From Epithemia pelagica (taxonomy: Eukaryota; Protista; Bacillariophyta): a DNA stretch of 64,000 bases. The notes below the pieces were generated by a model. It made no database searches. It had not been told where the DNA came from and saw only the letters and a program-made list of their open reading frames with translations. Position 1 is the stretch's first letter; every line of letters begins with the position of its first letter. The DNA is taken from positions 2,790,001 through 2,854,000 of the forward strand of contig OX337240.1 in the NCBI GenBank assembly GCA_946965045.2. Reading direction: 5' to 3'. A program made the position numbers and the translations under genes. Shown one piece after another: positions 36,330-47,299 of this stretch.

Positions 36330-36387
36330 TTAAGGTTAAGGATTAGTCTGTCTGCTGTCCTTGTTTCTGCGGACCTCTAATGGCGAG
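36330..36387 (-). repeat. Right terminal inverted repeat (58 bp)
   Basis: Exact reverse complement of 30651-30708. Confidence 0.95.
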
Positions 36388-36575
36388 TAATATAGGATAT
36401 AGGACGAGGAACACACATACAATACAACGGTCCATGTCTGGCGTCCCAGTCGCGTTCGAGTTGCCCCACTTTCACTTTCCCACTCGCGTTCACATTCCTT
36501 CAGGTGGACCTCCCATAAAATCTTAAGTCTTTCCATTCCTTCTTCCGCTCTCTTTTGGTGCAACCAACCGACACC

Positions 36576-37576
36576 ATGCCTCGCTGGTACGAACTTCATC
36601 CTGCTCTTGTTCGCTTGGAGCTTCCATGTCTTGAAACATCTCGCTCTCACACGCACAACGACATTGTGTTTTATTTTTCAACAGTGTTTACAAAAACCCT
36701 TTGCTCATGACAGCTCAAGCCTTGCCCATCTTGGCCTTTATATTTTCCTTTGACACCCAACATGTCTTTGCTGCTGCTAGCACCGATCCTCGTCTCGTCA
36801 CATCTTGCTCGCAAAAATACCAACAATGCCGCAGCACTTGTTCTAAAACTTGTGCGCAGACGGGCCCCGCTTGTTATGCTACCAATCCTCCTTTTCTGAC
36901 GACATGTCAAAAGAGATGCTCCGACGAATTGAATACCTGTGACGAACCGGATCCATCCAACCAAGATGCTGTCACCACTATTGGAGAAGCCACCTGTGCC
37001 GAAGTGGAAATTCTCAACTCGTGCGAAGAAATGTGGCCCACTCTGTTCAATCGCAACACCAAATACTATCCCATTGATCCCACCTCCTGTCCTGGCCCCG
37101 AAGTGGACCAAGCGTATCCTGTCTACCGTTCGGATCCGTTGCCAGATACAGATAGTGGAAATGGACAAGGACCCAGTTACGCCTTTATTTGGCGCACCAA
37201 ACAAGTGTTTACCAATGGCTTTGGCAATGTTCCTGACTGGTACATTACTGGTGACAAAGCTGCGAATTGTGGCAATGTGGCTGGATACATCTTCTATGCC
37301 CGTATCCGCGATACCCAAAAGGAGGAACCTTTCTTGTTTGAGGATCCCACGGCTCCTCAAGAGGTCCGCTGCCGTGTTGCGGGGCCAACGACGGAAACAA
37401 AAGACTTGCAGATTCGTTGCAACCGCTTGGTGGACGAACAAGGAGGACCTTCGGAATCTCCAGGAACTAACCCTCTTTCTGGAGATGACCCCGACCAATC
37501 CTCTGCAGGCATCATGGCTGTTACCGGAATGGCCGCTGGCGTTGTGGTGATTATGGCGCAATTGTTCTTGATGTAA
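36576..37576 (+). CDS. Chimeric protein: 4-TM family N-terminus fused to a Cys-rich ectodomain with C-terminal hydrophobic anchor, join(36576..36586,36685..37576), 300 aa
   Basis: MPRCVYKNPLLMTAQALPILAFIFSF matches the family, then diverges (DTQH...CSQKYQQCRSTCSKTC...); ends SSAGIMAVTGMAAGVVVIMAQLFLM. Confidence 0.8.
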
Positions 37577-38128
37577 ATTGGAACCAATCCTTTCGAAGAT
37601 GAGGAAATGTCCGTAAGGGCAGAGTGCATCGACTAGTCAGTCCCTTTCCCTCAATTATGCCCGATGGCAATTTAGGAGTAGATTTTAGAATTGGTAGGTT
37701 AGGTTCACAACGACATCAACATCTGTTGTTCAATTGAATGAAGCATGTACTCCTAGAGCAAGTTCTGCACTTGTTTCATGGACGTAGAATGCGATGCATT
37801 GAACCAAGAATCCCCCTTGCCGCGCGCGTCTACTTCGCGGCGCGCTCGCGAGGAAACTTCGTTATCGGCTGCAACCACTTGCACACGTGGTAGTCAAACG
37901 GTTGAAGTACTGACTTAACTTCAAATTTCAAAGTGGTGCCCTCGCATTCCCTCGAAAATCGCAGCCTCGACACGGCCTCGACAACGAACCCACGACAACG
38001 AACCCACCCACAACAACTGACAACTGCAACCTGTAACCGGCGCACAACTTGTTTCTACTGTTTGTACTCGACCAGTGGAAGCGGTACTATACAGTATTCT
38101 CCTTCATCGAAGTCTTTACGTCAATCAT

Positions 38129-39226
38129 ATGAGCGCAAGTTCCTTTCGGAATCAGATTTGGAAAGAAAATGAAGAATTCCTGGACTCGCTTCCACCCGGT
38201 GAAGAGAGAGCAAGGGTTCGCGGAAAGTTTTTTACTTTTCGTGAGTCCATTTGTGACACTGACAAAATGTCTTCAATTGAGGCCTCTCAGTTTCCAGTCA
38301 TCAGTAGAAGCCTCGACCAAGGGAGTGCACTTTATCCCACTGCGGCCGACGTAGACCTGTTGGAATCTGCTGAAGAATCAAAGACTGAATGGTCCGATAC
38401 CACCAACATACATCAAAAAATAACGGCAGTAGATTTCCTGTACAACGAAGTGGGAGAGAAAGCTTATTTGTTATCAAAAGCACCTGTTTGCCATGCTGCT
38501 TATTTCAGGTTATCACAGGCTGCAACAGGTTTCTTTGCGGAAGAGTACACAAAGCGTCGAAAGTTGCTGAACGGGATGAAAGGTCGGGTGCGGAGAATTT
38601 GGGATTCCGGAATCAAACACAGCAAATACAACAAGTTCCACTTGTTCCTACAGAAGTCATTATTTGACGCAACCCCTCCATCATTGATCATTGTACCGCT
38701 CTTGCCTTTGTCCCGAATTAAGGCCTGGAATGGGACGACCCCGTATGATGCAATGGTACTTCCATGCGGAGAGAAAGCATCATATGCGGCAAGCCAGACG
38801 TTGATGTTCGTACGCTCGACGTGTACACGAGAAGAAGTGGAAGTGGGTATCCGCATTTTGAGTGTTTTTGTGAAGGACATTGCGGGTTCGTTGCTTGATA
38901 TTGAGCATGATGTGTTGGAGGACTTCAACCTTTCGGTGGGAGAAACAACAGATGCTGCTGCAGTGACTTGGATAAAGCTTGTCGAGTATCTGAGAGGCTT
39001 GGACTCCCCAAAGTCTCCACTGCCATCATTAAAAGAAAATCTCGACTGGGACGAAATCAAGGTTGCGAAAGGAACTTTCAACTACGACATTTCCTGCCTA
39101 CCTGATCCATTTCTGCTCGCAACCAAGGGAGCGATGAACTACTCGTCCTATGCTGGACAGAAGCTAATGCCAGTATGCAAGATATCAGATGACTCCTCCG
39201 ATGACGACGACAGTCTTAGTTCTTAG
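38129..39226 (+). CDS. Hypothetical protein, possibly a degenerate HNH-nuclease-like fold, 365 aa
   Basis: Intact ORF; EKAYLLSKAPVCH...SGIKHSKYNKFHLFLQKSLFD loosely resembles the AH...N...L...FD layout of HNH_2-type domains but lacks the His residues. Confidence 0.4.
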   Translation: MSASSFRNQIWKENEEFLDSLPPGEERARVRGKFFTFRESICDTDKMSSIEASQFPVISRSLDQGSALYPTAADVDLLESAEESKTEWSDTTNIHQKITAVDFLYNEVGEKAYLLSKAPVCHAAYFRLSQAATGFFAEEYTKRRKLLNGMKGRVRRIWDSGIKHSKYNKFHLFLQKSLFDATPPSLIIVPLLPLSRIKAWNGTTPYDAMVLPCGEKASYAASQTLMFVRSTCTREEVEVGIRILSVFVKDIAGSLLDIEHDVLEDFNLSVGETTDAAAVTWIKLVEYLRGLDSPKSPLPSLKENLDWDEIKVAKGTFNYDISCLPDPFLLATKGAMNYSSYAGQKLMPVCKISDDSSDDDDSLSS

Positions 39227-39309
39227 CGTTTGCGGGCAGAGGGATATACTTCTTCTTGCCGAACGGAGGTGTGGATTTGAAGGTTAAACATACCATGGAC
39301 ACTTTGCCC

Positions 39310-39473
39310 ATTGTGTACGATGCTACCAGATTCCCTCGAGTAGTCCTTCGGAATCTCCAGGGAATAACCATCCTACTGGAGATGATCCCGACCAATCCTC
39401 TGCAGGCATCATGGCTGTTACCGGAATGGCCGCTGGCGTTGTGGTGATTATGGTGCAATTGTTCTTGATGTAA
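39310..39473 (+). pseudogene. 3' fragment of a second, diverged copy of the Cys-rich anchored protein
   Basis: RCYQIPSSSPSESPGNNHPTGDDPDQSSAGIMAVTGMAAGVVVIMVQLFLM* parallels 37410-37576; the downstream flank also matches 37576-37886. Confidence 0.8.
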
Positions 39474-40107
39474 ATTGGAACCAATCCTATCGAAGATGAG
39501 GAATTGTCCAGAAGGGCAAAGTGCATCGACTACTGAGTCCCTTATGCCAGAAGGCAATTTAGAATTGTTTGTTTGTATTCTGGATTTTGGTACGAGTAGG
39601 TTAGGTTCACCACGACATCAACATATGTTGTTCAATTGAATGAAGCAAGTTCTGGAAGAGCGACATCTTGTTTGAAGACGTGAATCAAGAATGCGTTGAC
39701 CCAAGAATGCCCCCGCGCGTCCCGATTATGGTACTTCCGTGCCTTAAATAAAAGCGCGGTGCGCTCGCGAGGAAATTCTGTCATCGGATGCAACCTGCAA
39801 CCTCTTGCGCACCATTTTGCAAGGCATTTGGCCAATAACATCATACACATTCGACATCTTGTATCTTGTCGAAAACATAGTATGGCATATGGCATCATGC
39901 AAAGCACATACGTTGGATATTTGAACACACAGGCCACGAGGAACACACATACAATACAACGGTCCATGTCTGGCGTCCCAGTCGCGTTCGAGTTGCCCCA
40001 CTTTCACTTTCCCACTCGCGTTCACATTCCTTCAAGTGGACCTCCCATAAAATCTCAAGTCTTTCCATTCCTTCTTCCGCTCTGTTTTGCTGCTACTAAC
40101 TGACACC

Positions 40108-40786
40108 ATGCCTTGCTGGTACGAACTTTCTCTTCCTCTTGTTCCTTTGGCGCGTGATACTGCCCTGACCTTTCTAACACGCACAACTCCCCTGTTCTCC
40201 CTTATTCAACAGTGTTTACAAAGATCCACTCCTCATGACAGCGCAAGCCTTGTCTGTCTTGGCTTTTGTCTTTTCCTTTGGTGGTGTTGCCGCCATTGCT
40301 TTCGGATTGGCCGCCATGATTGTTTTGCAAGTGGTCTGGTGTTGTCGCATGAACAAATGTGGGTTAAATGCCGCCGCATCCTTTGCGGCAGTCGTGGCCA
40401 TTTTGAATTTGGCCTTGGCCGGTGCCTTGGCGGCACAAGGCGATGATTCATGTGATGGTGACGATGAATGTAATTGGGAAGTGTGGGCCGTCCTCTTGTT
40501 CTTGTCGGCTGGATTGTGGGTGGCTGTATCGACCCTTGTCTTTATTTTTGCCAATACCAAACGCTATGAAACCTGCCGAGAGGCCAGTGAACCAGCCGAT
40601 GGCGCCAATAACAGCGCCAAAGTGCCCGTCGCCACGGCCACTCCGGCATCAAAGACGGAGAGTACCAAAAAAGAGACGACAGAAACCACTGTCTTGCCCG
40701 ATGGAACCCGCAAAAGTGTCACCACCACGATTCATCCCGATGGATCCAAAACCATCACCGAAACCATGGAAAGTGAATCGGCCTAG
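40108..40786 (+). CDS. 4-TM (MPCC) family protein, array copy 1, join(40108..40118,40213..40786), 194 aa
   Basis: 11-nt exon, GTACGA...CAACAG intron, four TM segments, tail VLPDGTRKSVTTTIHPDGSKTITET. Confidence 0.88.
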
Positions 40787-43700
40787 TGTAAACAACGGCC
40801 AATACGAAACCTTCCTTGTTTGGTGATGTTTGCGTTGACCACGAGTATCAGAGGAAGTACGGGTTTTAGAATATAAAGTAGCACTTCGTGTTTATGTGAC
40901 GACTTATACTGTTTTTCATCCTAGATGAACGGGATGTGACGGTATTGGCGGATTCTCTGTATCTACGCTCAGTTTTCTGTCAAAAGATGGTGAACCTCTT
41001 CTGTTTGGTTGCTTGTTGTTTCCAAACGTGATGACATTCGTCGTTGGGGGTGGACGTTGGACTTGGAATCCAATATCCTTTGTGGGGATCACACAAGCCT
41101 TCACAGCATTCATGCCCGCCGGAAAATCGCATTGCCTTATTCACGTCTTCGCGGGAGCTAGAGTAGCGGAGGAACTACAAAATCACTCTCGAATTATCAT
41201 CAACAACGCAATCTAATAGAGGTAGATGACTCTTGAATCTTGACGTACCAATAATCATCAGGGATCCCTTGATTCAAACAAAGGATGCAAATCGCAGATC
41301 CTATTAACCGAATCGGGTTTTGCTTTGTTGCATATTGCAGTCGTGTCCAAATTTTCATTCACCAAGCACGTCTCCAGTCGCAGGTCGCAGCATGTCGCAC
41401 TCCCAATTCCCAATTCCATCATCCAACCAATTTTTATTTTCGACCATAATATGCCCTTCTTCTTCTCCTCATATAACGGACGCGCCCTTATTCCCATGAC
41501 GCGTCTCCTTTCTCCATTGTCCTTTGGCTCAAGAGCCGAACCAAGCACGCATCCCATTATTGTCCAATATCCAATTTTTCCAATGCCGGAAACCTTCTCC
41601 TTGTATGTGGAATGAAGTCCCACCTCCCAGTCGCGTTCCGAAATAATGGCATCCAGTCGCGTTCGAATCGGTGATGGTAACCTCTCACATTTTCATAAAT
41701 TTTCAAACTTTTTTTGTCTGGCTTCCATATCGATATATACAACACTTTTGTTCTGCTACGATCGCCATTATGCCTTGCTGGTAAGAGAAGAATACCGGGA
41801 GTACAACTGACTACTATTGCCCTGTATGCTCACACACCACACCGTACCGAATGTTTCTCATCAGTGTTTACAAAGATCCCTTGCTCATGACGGCTCAAGC
41901 CTTGTCTGTCGTGGCCTTTATCTTTTCTTTTGGTGGCGTCGCTGCCGTTGCTTTTGGATTGGCTGCAATGGTTGTCTTGCAAGTAGTCTGGTGCTGCCGC
42001 ATGAACAAGTGTGGTTTGAATGCCGCCGCCTCCTTTGCCTTGGTTGTGGCCATTCTCAATGCCATCTTGGCCGCCGTTTTGGCCCTTGAAGAAGCAGATG
42101 AATCCTGTAATAATGATGACTACTACAGCTATCGTTATGATGACGATGATGATTGCAATTCGTCGGTGCAAATTTGGGCCATTCTTCTGTTCTTGTCCGC
42201 CGGTTTGTGGGTGGCCGTGTCGACCCTGGTCTTTATTTTTGCCAATACCAAACGCTATGAAACCTGCCGAGAGGCCAGTGAACCAGCCGATGGCGCCAAT
42301 AACAGCGCCAAAGTGCCCGTCGCCACGGCCACTCTGGCATCAAAGACGGAGAGTACCAAAAAAGAGACGACAGAAACCACTGTCTTGCCCGATGGAACCC
42401 GCAAAAGTGTCACCACCACGATTCATCCCGATGGATCCAAAACCATCACCGAAACCATGGAAAGTGAATCGGCCTAGTGTAAACAACGGCCAATACGAAA
42501 CCTTCCTTGTTTGGTGATGTTTGCGTTGACCACGAGTATCAGAGGAAGTACGGGTTTTAGAATATAAAGTAGCACTTCGTGTTTATGTGACGACTTATAC
42601 TGTTTTTCATCCTAGATGAACGGGATGTGACGGTATTGGCGGATTCTCTGTATCTACGCTCAGTTTTCTGTCAAAAGATGGTGAACCTCTTCTGTTTGGT
42701 TGCTTGTTGTTTCCAAACGTGATGACATTCGTCGTTGGGGGTGGACGTTGGACTTGGAATCCAATATCCTTTGTGGGGATCACACAAGCCTTCACAGCAT
42801 TCATGCCCGCCGGAAAATCGCACTGCCTTATTCACGTCTTCGCGGGAGCTAGAGTAGCGGAGGAACTACAAAATCACTCTCGAATTATCATCAACAACGC
42901 AATCTAATAGAGGTAGATGACTCTTGAATCTTGACGTACCAATAATCATCAGGGATCCCTTGATTCAAACAAAGGATGCAAATCGCAGATCCTATTAACC
43001 GAATCGGGTTTTGCTTTGTTGCATATTGCAGTCGTGTCCAAATTTTCATTCACCAAGCACGTCTCCAGTCGCAGGTCGCAGCATGTCGCACTCCCAATTC
43101 CCAATTCCATCATCCAACCAATTTTTATTTTCGACCATAATATGCCCTTCTTCTTCTCCCCATATAACGGACGCGCCCTTATTCCCATGACGCGTCTCCT
43201 TTCTCCTTTGTCCTTTGGCTCAAGAGCCGAACCAAGCACGCATCCCATTATTGTCCAATATCCAATTTTTCCAATGCCGGAAACCTTCTCCTTGTATGTG
43301 GAATGAAGTCCCACCTCCCAGTCGCGTTCCGAAATAATGGCATCCAGTCGCGTTCGAATCGGTGATGGTAACCTCTCACATTTTCATAAATTTTCAAACT
43401 TTTTTTGTCTGGCTTCCATATCGATATATACAACACTTTTGTTCTGCTACGATCGCCATTATGCCTTGCTGGTAAGAGAAGAATACCGGGAGTACAACTG
43501 ACTACTATTGCCCTGTATGCTCACACACCACACCGTACCGAATGTTTCTCATCAGTGTTTACAAAGATCCCTTGCTCATGACGGCTCAAGCCTTGTCTGT
43601 CGTGGCCTTTATCTTTTCTTTTGGTGGCGTCGCTGCCGTTGCTTTTGGATTGGCTGCAATGGTTGTCTTGCAAGTAGTCTGGTGCTGCCGCATGAACAAG

Positions 43701-43935
43701 TGTGGTTTGAATGCCGCCGCCTCCTTTGCCTTGGTTGTGGCCATTCTCAATGCCATCTTGGCCGCCGTTTTGGCCCTTGAAGAAGCAGATGAATCCTGTA
43801 ATAATGATGACGACTACAGCTATCGTTATGATGACGATGATGATTGCAATTCGTCGGTGCAAATTTGGGCCATTCTTCTGTTCTTGTCCGCCGGTTTGTG
43901 GGTGGCCGTGTCGACCCTGGTCTTTATTTTTGCCA
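40545..43935 (+). repeat. Near-identical direct tandem duplication, period 1691 bp
   Basis: Duplicated ORF sets offset by 1691 (41851/43542, 40916/42607, 41258/42949); only a few SNPs seen (e.g. ~41132 vs ~42823, 41468 vs 43159). Confidence 0.95.
41770..42477 (+). CDS. 4-TM (MPCC) family protein, array copy 2 (recombinant of copies 3 and 1), join(41770..41780,41865..42477), 207 aa
   Basis: N-half nearly identical to copy 3 and C-tail nearly identical to copy 1. Confidence 0.88.
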
Positions 43936-44139
43936 ATACAAAGCGCTATCATACCTGTCGTGAAAAGAGTGAACCGGCGGCAGCCCCGAAGAATAATGAC
44001 GACACCAAGAAGGACCAAACCAAGACAACCGTTGTGGCCACCACCAGCAGCGTTCCACCCGTCATGACCACGGCTACTCCCGTGACATCGTCTGTCGCAG
44101 TCACGACAACTACAAGTACACCAGAACCAACTACCGCAA

Positions 44140-44179
<40 letters not shown>

Positions 44180-44339
44180 CAATGCCCTTTCCGTAGCCGC
44201 CATGGCGGAAAGTCAAAAGTCAATGACCACCATTGAAACCACGGTCTTTTCGGATGGGACCCGCAAAAGTGTCACCACGACCTTTCATCCCGATGGATCC
44301 AAAACCATCACCGAAACCAGGGAAAGTGAAACCGCCTAA
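43461..44339 (+). CDS. 4-TM (MPCC) family protein, array copy 3, join(43461..43471,43556..44339), 264 aa
   Basis: Same exon structure; Thr-rich and poly-Asp ((GAC)n ~44141-44180) tail ending FSDGTRKSVTTTFHPDGSKTITET. Confidence 0.88.
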
Positions 44340-44988
44340 TAGTAGAGAAATAAGAGAAACCAGATTGGATACGCATGTCAACTTGTTTGCAAGATTGTGG
44401 TGTGGGCAACATGTGTCGGTACAGCAGAAAGTTACTGGGATACGAATAGGAGTAGTATCTATGAATATTCCTAGTACATACTCCTAGGTAGTTATGGTCC
44501 CAGCGAGGCACTGACTGAATAATATGACGCATCAAGCTTCTACGCCTCCATTGAGATGAGATGTGGGTCCAGGCAATCTATTGCATTTGTCTAGTGCTCA
44601 TCAAGTAGTCCACTCTAGGTAGACTTTATCCGCTTGATGTGATGATCCGGGTAAACGCAGGGGTTTGAACGTCACATTCATGTCTAAAAGCTTTCATATC
44701 AGGGGTAGTTTATTCCCAGCTGGTCCTCCTAGGAGTAGTATCCCAGTCGCGTTCGAAATAGGAGTAATTGGCAGAATTGGCATCCTTCAGCATCCATGCG
44801 CGTACCCAAAGTTCAACTTGTTTGGACACGTCCAATGCCCTTTTGTTCTCTCTCTCGTCATCAATGCAATCTTCAATCTTGTCAAACTCGAGGAGCACAC
44901 TACTTCTTTTTTCATGCTTCAGCATCCTTGCGCGTGTTTAGAGGCCAATGTTGAACACGTGGTCTATTCCATTTCCGCAGTCCTGTCT

Positions 44989-45025
<37 letters not shown>

Positions 45026-45133
45026 ATACAATTTACAACTACGAAGCGGCCACTTTTTTGCTTCGCCATCACTATCACAATACCACACGTTTGTTCTCCT
45101 CAACGTTTGACTTCTGCCCGATAAAACAAAAGA

Positions 45134-46187
45134 ATGCCTTGCTGGTAAGGTGATATACGAATCGATCGTACGTGTACGACATGCTGCAACTTTTGTCGTT
45201 CGTGACTCTCATTCTCTCTTGGTACTACCGAATGGTCGGTTCTCAATCTATTATTAGTGTATACAAAGATCGCGTGCTCATGACGGCTCAAGTCTTGTCC
45301 GTCGTGGCCTTGCCCTTCTCGTTTCCAAACATTCTGGCCCTTGTCTTGGGTTTTGTGGTCATGGTGCAGTTACAGACTGTATGGCGTTCTCGCATGCAAA
45401 AGTGTGCGTTGATTGCCAATGCATCTTTGGCGGCAGTCGTGGCCATTTTTAATTTGGCCTTGGCCGGTGCCATGGCGGCACAGGGCGATGATTGGTGTGG
45501 AGCAGATGAAGATGAAGAATGTAGATGGGAATGGGAAGTGTGGTGGGCCGTCATGTTGTTCTTGTCGGCTGGATTGTGGGCGACCGTGTCCAGCCTATTG
45601 TTTGTGTTTATCTGTACCAAGTGCTATGACATATGTCGTGAAGCGAGTGAACCAACGGCAGCCACCACGAATAATAACGACGACGACAACAACCGCAAAC
45701 CAAACCAAACCAAACAACCGCCATCGCCAGCAGTAGCAACAACACTCCGACCGAAGCGTCAACAATGGCCACTTCTTCTACAGCAGCAGCGTCATCGGGA
45801 AACGAAGAAGGCCTTCCAGAGACGACAATGACGACGTCCATGGAACCCGTGACAGTCGTTGCGGACGAGGATGTGAGCTCCCAAAGTGTCACCACCACGA
45901 GTCCTCCCGATGGATCGCCAAACACCATGGATACCGATGCCATGGAACGTGGAACAAGTACACCAGAACCAGCTGCTGCAAACGACGACGACGATGATAA
46001 TGAGGACAGCAACGCCATAGTATCCACCGCCTCCACGACGGAAAGTCAAAAGGCCAAGACCACCATTAAAACCACAGTCTTGTTTCCGGATGGGATCCGC
46101 AAAAGTGTCACCACGACCATTCATCCAGATGGATCCAAAACTATCACCGAAACCATGGAAAGTGAAACCGCCTACGAAAAGGAGTAA
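45134..46187 (+). pseudogene. 4-TM (MPCC) family array copy 4, single frameshift at ~45743 (pseudogene or sequencing error)
   Basis: Exon 1 45134-45144, exon 2 from 45258; the family tail (FPDGIRKSVTTTIHPDGSKTITET) lies in a different frame (45765-46187). Confidence 0.7.
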
Positions 46188-46655
46188 TATCTATTAGTAC
46201 ATACATACTCCTAGATAGTTATGGTCCCAGCGATGCACTGACAGAACAATATGACGCATCCATTATCCATTGAGATGAGATGCGGACCCAGGCAATCTGT
46301 TGTATTTGTCTTGCTCGTCGATTTGTCTAACTAGACTAGATAGAAACAACCCTTTTTTTGCTTTGTGAGCCGTCTAAACAAAAGAGTTTGAACTTCCCAT
46401 TCTTTCATATCAGGGGTAGTTAATTCCTATCTGGTCCCACTTCAAACCTCTCCTGCAAACTTGGCCCTCGAAACCACCTCCGCTGGGGCGTGGTTGTTGA
46501 GTCGTGGTCTATTCTCTCTCATCTCTCTCTCTCATCAATACAGTTGGCATTACAACTCTACCCTGTCATACTCGAGGAGCCCACTGTTTTGCTTCGCCAT
46601 CACAATATCACATTTGTTCTCCTCAACGTGACTTCTACCCGATCGCCCGACTAGA

Positions 46656-47299
46656 ATGCGTTGCTGGTAAGATGATATCCGAGTCGATCGTACGTGTACG
46701 ACAGGCTGCATCTTTTTGTCGTTGGTGACTCTCATACTGTTGGCACTACCAAATGGTGGTGATTCTCGTTCTATAATTAGTGTTTACAAAGATCCCGTCC
46801 TCATGACGGCTCAAGTCTTGTCCGTCGTGGCCTTGCCCCTCTCGGTTGTCTACTTTGTGAACCTTGCCTTGGGTTTTGTGGTCATGGTGCAGTTACAGAC
46901 GGTATGGTGCTGTCGCATGAAACAATGTGGGTTGGGTGCCGCGGCATTCTTGGCGGCAGTCGTGGCCCTTTTGAATGCATATATGGTCTCCTGCACTTTT
47001 ATATATCGGACAAGACCTATCCCAGAATTTGGGCCATTCTGCTCCTCGTGTCGGCTGGAGTGTGGGCGATCGTGTCGATCCTAGTCTGTGTGTTTCTCTT
47101 TACCAATCGCTATGACACATGTCGTGCAGCGAGAGAAGGCCTTCCAATGGCGACACGGACGACCAGCATGGAACCCATGATTGTCGTTGTGGACGAAGGT
47201 ACCACCTCCCAAAGGGTCACCACTACGACGAGTCCTCCCGATGGATCTCCGCCAAACATTATGGATAATATCGAGCCCATGGAACGTGAAATGACCTAA
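46656..47299 (+). pseudogene. 4-TM (MPCC) family array copy 5, frameshift at ~46995
   Basis: Exon 1 ATGCGTTGCTG (MRC), exon 2 from 46781; TM4 (IWAILLLVSAGVW) is in another frame. Confidence 0.7.

Larger units (their letters stand above)
30651..36387. mobile_element. TIR DNA transposon (Mutator-type transposase) carrying a TET/JBP-like dioxygenase, 5737 bp
   Basis: Perfect 58-bp TIRs, TA on both outer sides, two convergent long ORFs inside. Confidence 0.9.

Noticed and set aside
36750-37576. Frustulin identity for the Cys-rich ectodomain
   Set aside because: The acidic Cys-rich repeat pattern (C.GDCD) is absent.
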